From contig CAWHAA010000006.1 in assembly GCA_963827275.1 (NCBI GenBank), positions 192,001 to 256,000 of the forward strand: a DNA stretch of 64,000 nt, given 5' to 3'. Shown one piece after another: positions 10,293 to 18,219 of the stretch (position 1 is its first letter; each line of letters begins with the position of its first letter). The notes beneath the pieces are model-generated. The model was given only the letters and a program-made list of their open reading frames with translations. It made no database searches and was not told where the DNA came from. Position numbers and translations under genes: made by a program. Origin of the DNA: an uncultured Spirochaetota bacterium (lineage in GTDB: Bacteria; Spirochaetota; UBA4802; UBA5550).

Positions 10293-11663
10293 TCACGCCC
10301 CGGTATAAAACTCATCTTTTGAGATATCAACGGCCCCCCGGAGCTTTGACTGGAGCACCATGGCGAAGATGGCCCTGTGTATGCGTTCGTCCGGGAATTT
10401 CGGCAGGTAAAACATTGTCCGCCTGATAATCTCCCGCGTGGAATATCCCCTGTCTCCCACTCTCTTCAGCGCGTCAAAGATATCGGCGTCACGGATCGTC
10501 GGGTGGATGAAATTTACCAGTTTGCTGTCATCGAGCTTTCCCTCTTTTATGAGCCGCTCATAGAGCCTGGTGCCCGGGAGCGCCTTGACGGGAAATATGG
10601 CCGGGATGATGTTTGTCTCGCGGCAGAACTCAAGGGTGCGGTAATAGGTGTCGATGTCATCATCTTCGTAGCCGATGACAAACCAGCCTGATACGATGAT
10701 ACCCTGGTCCTGGATAAACCGGATATTGTCGCGCATGGCTGCTATAACGTCTTTTCCGGGTTGTGCGCCCATTTTCTTAATAGCGCCAGACCCTGCCAGC
10801 GTTTTAGGGTTAATCGATTCCATGCCGATCGCAGCGTAGATGAGCCCCGCTTCCGCCGCCTTTTTTATAACGGTCCGTCCTTTCTCGTCGGCGGCCGCGT
10901 CAAGATTGGCCTGGCCGGTCCAGAATCGCCTTTTTTTCAACCGTGATACCGCGTCATACAGTTCGATATAATAATCGTAGGTTGGCGGCTTTCCGAACAC
11001 CGAGTCATCAAGCAGGTAGTAATAATTTCTGAACGAGTCAATCTCGGCCGTCACCTCACTGACGGGCCGTGTACGGAAGCGCGGGCCGAAGATTTCCGTC
11101 ACGGTGCAGAAGTCGCAGTTGACCGGGCACCCGCGCACGGCATAGACGGTATCGAAGACATATTTGTTCCGGTATAGCGATCTGTCCGGGCGGCCGGTAT
11201 GCTGCAGGCCGGGATAGGCGTCATTTTTATAGAGGGTGCGCCCGCGCGGATCAAACGGCTTCGGCGAGCAGACGTAGAAGCTTTTCAAGGCGCCCTGTTC
11301 CGCGTCGCGCACGATGACCGGCCACAGCTCCTCCGCCTCGCCGACCGCGACCGCGTCCGCATGCCGGATGGCGCGGAAGGGGACTACCGACGGCTGCGGG
11401 CCGCCCATCACGACCGGAACGCCGCGGCGGCGGAATTCATCGGCTATCTCGTAGGCGCGGTTTTCAGCGGTATAGCGCGCGCTGATGCCGACCAGGTCTG
11501 CCGGCTCATCGTAGCGCACGTCGTCCTCCCGGAGGAGGTCAATGAAGACATAGTCATGCCCGGGGGCGCAGCCGGCGAGTATGGGAAGCGACAGCGGCAT
11601 GAATGGATCATTGCGGCGGAGCGGGTCCGTCATTGAGGCGGCGAGTATGAGCTTTATTTTCAT
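10293..11663 (-). CDS. B12-binding radical SAM protein
   Basis: FMPLSLPILA, VVMGGPQPS, GEAE, RGCPVNCDFC, LPGT. Confidence 0.9.
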   Translation of the reverse strand: MKIKLILAASMTDPLRRNDPFMPLSLPILAGCAPGHDYVFIDLLREDDVRYDEPADLVGISARYTAENRAYEIADEFRRRGVPVVMGGPQPSVVPFRAIRHADAVAVGEAEELWPVIVRDAEQGALKSFYVCSPKPFDPRGRTLYKNDAYPGLQHTGRPDRSLYRNKYVFDTVYAVRGCPVNCDFCTVTEIFGPRFRTRPVSEVTAEIDSFRNYYYLLDDSVFGKPPTYDYYIELYDAVSRLKKRRFWTGQANLDAAADEKGRTVIKKAAEAGLIYAAIGMESINPKTLAGSGAIKKMGAQPGKDVIAAMRDNIRFIQDQGIIVSGWFVIGYEDDDIDTYYRTLEFCRETNIIPAIFPVKALPGTRLYERLIKEGKLDDSKLVNFIHPTIRDADIFDALKRVGDRGYSTREIIRRTMFYLPKFPDERIHRAIFAMVLQSKLRGAVDISKDEFYTGA

Positions 11664-11736
11664 CTGCACAGTATCGGCGGTATGCCGATTTTACGCAATT
11701 ACATTATTATGGACGCATGTGCCCGCGGCACGATAG

Positions 11737-12780
11737 TCACGGTCTGGTCGCGGCCATGAGCCCGAGCCCCGGCGAACGGCTGAGGTTGTATCCGTGCGGC
11801 CCGGAGAAGCCGGTTTCCCGGAGAAGGTCAGATACCTCGGCGGCGCTGTATATCCTCCCCTCCGTGGAATTAAAAATTTCGAGCAGGATCAGGAGGGCGT
11901 TCAGGCGCATGAACCGGGAAGCGGACCTCCTGCCGATATGGTCCATGATGATGATCATGCCGCCGCGCTTCAGCGAATCGCGCACTTTCATGAGGACTGA
12001 TCCCAGGACGCCGGGTTCGAAAATACGGATGATATTGAACATGAGTATGACGTCCTGTTCGGGCGGCAGGTCGTCTTTTAAAAAGTCCCCCGGTTGAAAC
12101 GAAATACGCTCCGCACAACCGGACGATGCGATGGTCTGCTTCGCGGTATCGGCTGCGGAGGGCCAGTCGTATATCACGCCGGTCAGGCCGGGGTAACGCT
12201 TGCAGAATTCAACGCAATACTGCCCGTGGCTTCCGCCGAGGTCCAGGATGCGCGTGGCCGATGGCGGGACCGCTATCTTTTTCAGGATGTATGGGGATAT
12301 CAGGACCGCGGTGCTTTTCAGCCCGGCATGATAAATCTCCCATCGCGTGCGGTCCCGGTCGAGCCATTCCCAGCCCATCATGGGCGGCCGGCCCTCCCTG
12401 ATTGATCGGTCAAGATATTCCCACCGGGACGCCATGTCGCTGAAGTGGTCAAACAGGGGGGAGATGCAGGACGCTGAATCGCGCAGGAGCCATTTTCTGG
12501 TCATCGCGGTATTGCGCACCGACCCGCGCCGTAAACGGAGATAGCCGAGGTCGTGAAGCGTTGCGGCAAGGAGCGACAAGCCGCCGCGGTCCGAACCGGT
12601 AGCGGCGGCAAGCTCATCAATGGATTTTGTGCCGCTGCCGATGGCGTCAAAAAGGCCAAGGCGCAGAGCGGCCATTACCGACCTGAATGAAAGGACGCCG
12701 AGCAGGTCTACCATGGGGCCCGGGCCCATGTTAAGCCGGAAGAGGCCGATACGTTCGAACAGGCTAAGCTGAGCAGGCAC
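11737..12780 (-). CDS. SAM-dependent O-methyltransferase (Methyltransf_2 with dimerisation domain)
   Basis: AALRLGLFDAI, ILDLGGSHG, GDFL, LKRGGMIIIMD. SD AGGAGG before GTG. Confidence 0.88.
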   Translation of the reverse strand: MPAQLSLFERIGLFRLNMGPGPMVDLLGVLSFRSVMAALRLGLFDAIGSGTKSIDELAAATGSDRGGLSLLAATLHDLGYLRLRRGSVRNTAMTRKWLLRDSASCISPLFDHFSDMASRWEYLDRSIREGRPPMMGWEWLDRDRTRWEIYHAGLKSTAVLISPYILKKIAVPPSATRILDLGGSHGQYCVEFCKRYPGLTGVIYDWPSAADTAKQTIASSGCAERISFQPGDFLKDDLPPEQDVILMFNIIRIFEPGVLGSVLMKVRDSLKRGGMIIIMDHIGRRSASRFMRLNALLILLEIFNSTEGRIYSAAEVSDLLRETGFSGPHGYNLSRSPGLGLMAATRP

Positions 12781-12853
12781 ACGATCCTCCTTGACGCGGG
12801 TCTGTCATGGCACGTCCGGGTGCTTCCATGTGCCCACGTGCCCCGCGGCGGGC

Positions 12854-13702
12854 TCAATCGAAGCTATAGTATACATGCTGCTGCGCGAGCCCCGCGAACC
12901 CGTACCCGATTGATTTTTTCTCAAACTGCTCCCAGTTGTCGCCGTAGTGGGTGAGGTAGATCCTTTTCTTGATGTCTGCCGGGAGCGCGTTCAGCTCATC
13001 TATGCCGGCATGCACGCCGCCGGTGAAGAACTGGCAGTCATGGAACAGCGCCTCGAATTTGAACTCTTTGTCATACACGGTGACGAGGTCCTCGTCGTAG
13101 CGAGTATCGCTGGTGAAGAGCACGCGGTCGTCAATGATGACCCCGCAGCTCCAGAAGGAGCTCTGCCAGTCGGGGGATGAGTCCGGGATATGCTTGGTCC
13201 GCAGCATTTTGATATCTATCGCGCCGAGTTTCGCATGGAGCGTTTCCCGCCTGTATTGGGGAAGCCGTTGCGGGCGCAGCGCCTCGAAATAATCTTCAAA
13301 GGTGAGAAGGGAATGGGCGGTTTTTTCGTTGTGGCCGCACCCGCCCCTGAGGGACATCTCCCACAGGAAATGCTGGTATGTCTCGTTGATGATCATGAGC
13401 GGCTTCCGCTTCGAGAAGTAACGCCCCATGATCGCGACCTCTTCAAGGCCGCCGACGTGGTCGGAGTGGGAATGGGTTATGAGGAGGTTGCGGATGTCCG
13501 TGACGCCGATGCCGAGCTCCGACAGGGCCTGCGGGCACCTGGTCCCGCAATCGATGAGAAGATGGTCATCCCCCTTGATGACCAGGAGGTTGGTCTGGTA
13601 GTGCTTCCTGGTAAAGGCGCTCCCGATGCCGATGAAAAAAAGCTCGAGCTTCCCGGTATTCGAAAGGGAGACTTTCTTTTTTTTCAGTGGTTTGATCTTC
13701 AT
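12854..13702 (-). CDS. MBL-fold metallo-hydrolase (RNase Z/cyclic-nucleotide phosphodiesterase-like)
   Basis: LLIDCG, THSHSDHVGG, FTSDT, FHDC, LTHY motifs. Confidence 0.85.
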   Translation of the reverse strand: MKIKPLKKKKVSLSNTGKLELFFIGIGSAFTRKHYQTNLLVIKGDDHLLIDCGTRCPQALSELGIGVTDIRNLLITHSHSDHVGGLEEVAIMGRYFSKRKPLMIINETYQHFLWEMSLRGGCGHNEKTAHSLLTFEDYFEALRPQRLPQYRRETLHAKLGAIDIKMLRTKHIPDSSPDWQSSFWSCGVIIDDRVLFTSDTRYDEDLVTVYDKEFKFEALFHDCQFFTGGVHAGIDELNALPADIKKRIYLTHYGDNWEQFEKKSIGYGFAGLAQQHVYYSFD

Positions 13703-13923
13703 GACTGGCTCCGGTGCATGGGTGTGGATAACGTGTTATGTGAACCTATCGCCATGAGTATAAAAAGTCAAGTTTAATAGTAAAATATTTCATAATCGCG
13801 GCTGGCAGATGGTTCTGTTCGTGCACGCCGCGTCCCCGAGCGGGAACCGCATGCGGCCTATTGTCATTGACAGCGGGAGGTAAATATAAAATAGTGCGCC
13901 ATCATGCGGACAGGATGGTGCTG

Positions 13924-14484
13924 ATGGCAGGTTACAGGTCGGGGAATATCTGGGATTCATTCAAGGCCGTGCTCTTTATCGTCATTATTCTCTGGATGAT
14001 ACTCGCCATAGGGTTCGTGTTTCCGCTCGATGAGTACGGCATCAAGCCGCGTGATATCAACGGCCTTGCCGGCATACTGTTCGCTCCGTTCATCCACGCA
14101 GGATACAATCACCTGATAACCAACTCGGTCAGCCTTCTCGTCCTGGGCTCGATATTCCTCGTCATGGAACGCAAGCTTTCACTGGCCATCGTTTGTTATA
14201 TCATACTGTTGTCGGGTCTCGGCACGTGGCTTATCGGGCGGCCGGAATATACCCATATCGGCGCAAGCGGGGTCGTGTACGGCATACTGGGATACCTTCT
14301 GACTACCGGAATCTTCAAAAGAAATATCAAGGCGATACTTGTTTCATTGATCGTGTTCTTCTTTTACGGCGGGGCAATCTGGGGCATCTTTCCGACCGAC
14401 AGCTTCGTATCGTGGGAAAGTCACCTGTGCGGGTTCCTGTCAGGCATCGCGGTCGCCAAAATGTACGCGGAGCGGTACCGGTAA
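13924..14484 (+). CDS. Rhomboid intramembrane serine protease
   Basis: PFIH...HLITN, HIGASG, SWESHLCG; multiple TM helices. Start is 13915 or 13924. Confidence 0.9.
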   Translation: MAGYRSGNIWDSFKAVLFIVIILWMILAIGFVFPLDEYGIKPRDINGLAGILFAPFIHAGYNHLITNSVSLLVLGSIFLVMERKLSLAIVCYIILLSGLGTWLIGRPEYTHIGASGVVYGILGYLLTTGIFKRNIKAILVSLIVFFFYGGAIWGIFPTDSFVSWESHLCGFLSGIAVAKMYAERYR

Positions 14485-14496
14485 CCGCTGTTCGCC

Positions 14497-15357
14497 TCAC
14501 TCGGGACCGGTCACGGGCCTCGCGGGGGAGAGGACCGTAACGTGGTAACACCGCTGGCGCGTTTCAAGAATCGCGTAGAGGACCCCTTCATCCTGGAGCT
14601 GCGCCAGGGTCTCGGTCAGCACCGAGCGCAACTGGCCCCTGAGTGAGTCGCCGAGCATGAATCCGATCCTCTTCCTGAGCTTTTCATTGATCACACGCGA
14701 GATCGGGTTCGATGACGCCGGAGCGGGAAGAACGACAAAATAATCATCATAGAAGATATCGAAGCTGACCCCGTAGCTGTGGGTGGTGACCGGCACGGCA
14801 TTATAGTTTGTTCCGCGCAGGCCGGTCTGGTACGATGCGGGTCTCAGCGCCGATGACACGGCGATTTTCACGCGGGGAAGCGCGGCACGCGCGGCAATGG
14901 TTGACTGCAGCCGCCGTGCGAGCGTCTCAAGCCCGCGGGCCGCGTCCGGAGTCAGGGCGCGGTACGGCTCCCTGACATTATAAAAGAAATACGGTGCGTC
15001 CTTGCCCGATGAGAGCCTGACAAGGCTCCCCTCGTCGATCCGCTGCGATATCTCCTCGTCGCGATCGACCGGCCTGGAACCGGAACCGAGCGCGGCCGCC
15101 ATATGCGCGGGGAAGAGCCTCGTCCTCAGCTTCATCTCGACCTGGGGCGTTGCGAAGTCCTCATAACGGGGGATATGCTCTATATACCCCCGTTCCACGC
15201 TGTTCGCCACATCGAGAAAGGCGGTGACATCGCGAACGGTAGCGTACAAGAGATAGCGGTAGGTCAGGTATATTGATGCAATAGATGAAACGGCAAGCAG
15301 GATGACCGCCGCTACTATAATTCCCCTTGCATTCAATGGCTGTGATGATTTCATCAT
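14497..15357 (-). CDS. Membrane-anchored DUF5715-like protein (LAS/peptidase M15-like fold)
   Basis: N-terminal TM; VSSALRP..YQ, THSYGVSFDI, E.RQRCYHVTV. SD GGAGG before ATG 15357. Confidence 0.7.
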   Translation of the reverse strand: MMKSSQPLNARGIIVAAVILLAVSSIASIYLTYRYLLYATVRDVTAFLDVANSVERGYIEHIPRYEDFATPQVEMKLRTRLFPAHMAAALGSGSRPVDRDEEISQRIDEGSLVRLSSGKDAPYFFYNVREPYRALTPDAARGLETLARRLQSTIAARAALPRVKIAVSSALRPASYQTGLRGTNYNAVPVTTHSYGVSFDIFYDDYFVVLPAPASSNPISRVINEKLRKRIGFMLGDSLRGQLRSVLTETLAQLQDEGVLYAILETRQRCYHVTVLSPARPVTGPE

Positions 15358-15521
15358 TATGCCTCCGGAGATTTGCGGATACCCCGGGCAGGGTCGTGAT
15401 GTCAATCGATAATTTTTTTCGATGCTTCATTGATGCCTTGAAATATTAATAAAATTTAAGTATATTAATATATTCTTAAAATTTTATTATATAAACAATA
15501 GTGATCATATACGGTAGTGCA

Positions 15522-15731
15522 ATGGCATTTATCACGATACAAGGCTTTGAAGCAAAAATTTTCATCCCGGACGAGAAGGCCGATGCAGTAAAAAAACATA
15601 ATTGCAAAGACTGCTTTTCATGCCAGATGTGCGACGACGAACGGTGCGCATTATGCCTGAAAAGATCCCGGTGCGTCGGCGGTGAAAGCTGCATTCAAAA
15701 AACCGTACCGGATAAGAATAAATCTTCATGA
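15522..15731 (+). CDS. Small cysteine-rich protein
   Basis: 69 aa with 8 Cys: CKDCFSCQMCDDERCALC...C...C. Confidence 0.6.
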   Translation: MAFITIQGFEAKIFIPDEKADAVKKHNCKDCFSCQMCDDERCALCLKRSRCVGGESCIQKTVPDKNKSS

Positions 15732-15808
15732 TATCGCGCGATGTATCGATATATTAGACGAGACGTACCGGTGTTTTATTGACGTAACACGATCCCGTTG
15801 GGGGCTAT

Positions 15809-16204
15809 ATGGCAAAGAGCATAGTGTATTTCCAGAATGGCGAGAAGATTATAGAAGCAGGAAAAGTTGAAACACGCATGTATATAATTCTTGAAGGAGA
15901 GGTGCAGATATCCCTGTCGGACAAGATTGATAAAATTATCGTTGCACAGCTGAAAAAGGGGGATTTTTTCGGCGAGATATCACTTTTCAACAAGATCCCG
16001 CGCAGCGCTACTGCCACGGCTGTCGGCAACGTCAAACTCGCGTTCATCGATAGCGTTGAGATGCTCCGGCTGTTTCTTATAAAAAACCCGGTATTTGCCG
16101 CAAAAATGGTCCATACCCTGGCCCAGAGACTCGCCAAGACGGATGAGATCCTGGTCGGCAAGATAAGCGAGCTGAACAGGATCAAGATAACCCGCGATAT
16201 TTGA
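15809..16204 (+). CDS. Stand-alone cyclic-nucleotide-binding domain protein
   Basis: MYIILEGEV, GDFFGEISL, PRSATATA; no HTH. Confidence 0.9.
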   Translation: MAKSIVYFQNGEKIIEAGKVETRMYIILEGEVQISLSDKIDKIIVAQLKKGDFFGEISLFNKIPRSATATAVGNVKLAFIDSVEMLRLFLIKNPVFAAKMVHTLAQRLAKTDEILVGKISELNRIKITRDI

Positions 16205-16323
16205 AAAATTGTATTATCAAGAAAACAATACATAATAAATAAAAAATTTGTAACCATGCAGGACGTGAGTACCCTCATCTATGAAGATCAGTAAAATTTC
16301 ATAAAACCCTCCACAAATTTTTT

Positions 16324-16363
16324 AAGACGAAAGGCCCTGTTTCTGGGGCCTTTCGTCTTTTTT
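16324..16363 (+). terminator. Rho-independent terminator
   Basis: 14-bp stem AAGACGAAAGGCCC / GGGCCTTTCGTCTT, 8-nt loop, T-tract. Confidence 0.85.
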
Positions 16364-16515
16364 ACGATGACTAATAGCACTGGCTTCCATCTCATGAGCC
16401 GGGGTTTTTCCATGGGAATCTGAAAAAATTCTTGATTTATTAACATGATCATATCAATTCTTTTTATATATGAACGCCGTACATAACTCTTGAATTACTA
16501 TCCAGCGAGGTTTTT

Positions 16516-16965
16516 ATGAGAATAGTATCAGCGGGAATAGTCATCATGCTGGCAGCGGTCTGCATGGTCGGGTGCAATAAAGGACTGAAGGACCTCAGGT
16601 ATTCAAATATAAGCACGTTCGACTGGCTCCAGGCAAATGTTACAAACAAAAACGGAGAGAACGTGCTCTGGTTCCAGGTATTTGACCAGGAAGGCGACGC
16701 TAAGACCATCGAAGGATATAAGAACGCAAAGGACCGGATCGCCGAGTATCCTGCAAAAATATATGATAATAAATGGATATGGATGATGGTGAACAACCGG
16801 ATCGAAATACGCCTTATTGCCGATGACAAGTCAAAGGAATTCCAGAGCAATGATAAGCTGAAAGAATTCATCCTCGCCTTTGACTGCGCCGGATTGGCGC
16901 GGGTAACGGGCCCGAAATTGAAGGGATCGGACCTTAAAAAATATATCCCGAAACTCGGGGAATGA
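16516..16965 (+). CDS. Hypothetical lipoprotein
   Basis: SD GAGG; signal peptide ending MVGC (lipobox-like). Confidence 0.75.
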   Translation: MRIVSAGIVIMLAAVCMVGCNKGLKDLRYSNISTFDWLQANVTNKNGENVLWFQVFDQEGDAKTIEGYKNAKDRIAEYPAKIYDNKWIWMMVNNRIEIRLIADDKSKEFQSNDKLKEFILAFDCAGLARVTGPKLKGSDLKKYIPKLGE

Positions 16966-17096
16966 CATCCTTGCTGAATAAATCGTTGGGTCCTGCATAA
17001 TAAACTTTCGGTCATGACCCGATAATAAATAAAAGCGGACGTGCGCTGCGTTCCCACTTGCATTCAGCTACGGTGGGGATAGTTTATTTCAGGGGA

Positions 17097-17807
17097 ATGA
17101 CCATGAAACCATACTTCATGCCGCTCCTGTTCACCCTTTCACTTGCCTGTGCCGCCTCACTGCTCAGCGCGACGCCGGAACATGCGAATATCCCCGGCGA
17201 AATGATCGTGTTCCCGGATGGATCGAACTACATCGGGCAGTTATTGAACGGGATGAAACACGGGCGCGGAAGGTTCATCAGTGCGGACGGATCCGAGTTC
17301 CAGGGTGAATTCATGAACGGCAAACCGCACGGAAACGGCGTCTTTACGCACGCAGATGGCAGGATGAAACGGGTCATTTTTTCAATGGGCAAGCTTATCG
17401 GCGCGGCACTGCTTCCGCACGAAGTGACCGGGGAAGGCTGCGCGTTCGGCGAGTTCGAAAATAACGGCAGCTATAAAGGGTGGTACAGAGGGAACCGGGT
17501 CAAGGGGTTCATCCCGCACGGCAGGGGGACCATGAGATATCTCAATGGCTCTGTATATACCGGCCAGTGGGAAAACGGCATCATGCATGGCAACGGGACC
17601 ATCGAGTGGAGCGAAGGATCGGTATATGTCGGCCAGTGGGTCATGGGGAAGAGGACCGGGTACGGGACCTATACATGGTCGAATGGCGACAGGTACGTGG
17701 GTCAGTGGAAAGAAAACCAGATATGCGGCAAAGGGACGTTGTATCACAGCGACGGCAGCATTGAAAAGGGTGAATGGAAGGAACGGACCATCAGGTTAGA
17801 GGAGTAG
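17097..17807 (+). CDS. Secreted MORN-repeat protein
   Basis: Signal peptide; repeated Y.G.W..G..HG.G motifs. Confidence 0.9.
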   Translation: MTMKPYFMPLLFTLSLACAASLLSATPEHANIPGEMIVFPDGSNYIGQLLNGMKHGRGRFISADGSEFQGEFMNGKPHGNGVFTHADGRMKRVIFSMGKLIGAALLPHEVTGEGCAFGEFENNGSYKGWYRGNRVKGFIPHGRGTMRYLNGSVYTGQWENGIMHGNGTIEWSEGSVYVGQWVMGKRTGYGTYTWSNGDRYVGQWKENQICGKGTLYHSDGSIEKGEWKERTIRLEE

Positions 17808-17847
17808 TCCTGCCGGCAATCGAACGATTACCGGCACGTTCGTATCC

Positions 17848-18024
17848 TTACCCGCAGGTTATAATAGTTTTTACCACTTTTTCTACACTGTTCCCGAAAT
17901 CATTCCCGTGATACTTCCTGGTCTCTGACATCAAATCATCAAGGCTGACGCCAAGCTGGACCGCGGAGCAGACCATCTCTGAATAGTGCATTACGCTCAT
18001 GCCTGAAAAACGTTTGGGACTCAT
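17848..18024 (-). CDS. Small hypothetical protein (58 aa; not in the ORF track)
   Basis: SD GAGGGGG, then MSPKRFSGMSVMHYSEMVCSAVQLGVSLDDLMSETRKYHGNDFGNSVEKVVKTIITCG*. Fills the intergenic gap. Confidence 0.5.
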   Translation of the reverse strand: MSPKRFSGMSVMHYSEMVCSAVQLGVSLDDLMSETRKYHGNDFGNSVEKVVKTIITCG

Positions 18025-18135
18025 GGATACCCCCTCTCTGTATATTTGTTTTTAATATCGGTACTATGCTCCGCCGGGATTGATTGAAATTCACCGAAAT
18101 TAAAAATAACCCGTTATAATATTAGCAAACATTTG

Positions 18136-18163
18136 TTGACATATAGTTTGTGTGGTATATACT
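18136..18163 (+). promoter_or_regulatory. Sigma70-type promoter for the helicase operon
   Basis: TTGACA-16 nt-TATACT. Confidence 0.65.
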
Positions 18164-18219
18164 GTGACCGTTATCAGGAAAATGGAATCAATAACATACT
18201 ACGTGCGGGGTCATTGTAT

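Noticed and set aside
13723..13731. Perfect DnaA box TGTGGATAA
   Set aside because: Single copy, roughly expected by chance in 64 kb; no box cluster or dnaA/dnaN nearby.
17200..17780. Repetitive DNA suggestive of an array
   Set aside because: Explained by protein-level MORN repeats; no identical repeat-spacer structure. No CRISPR array was seen anywhere in the window.
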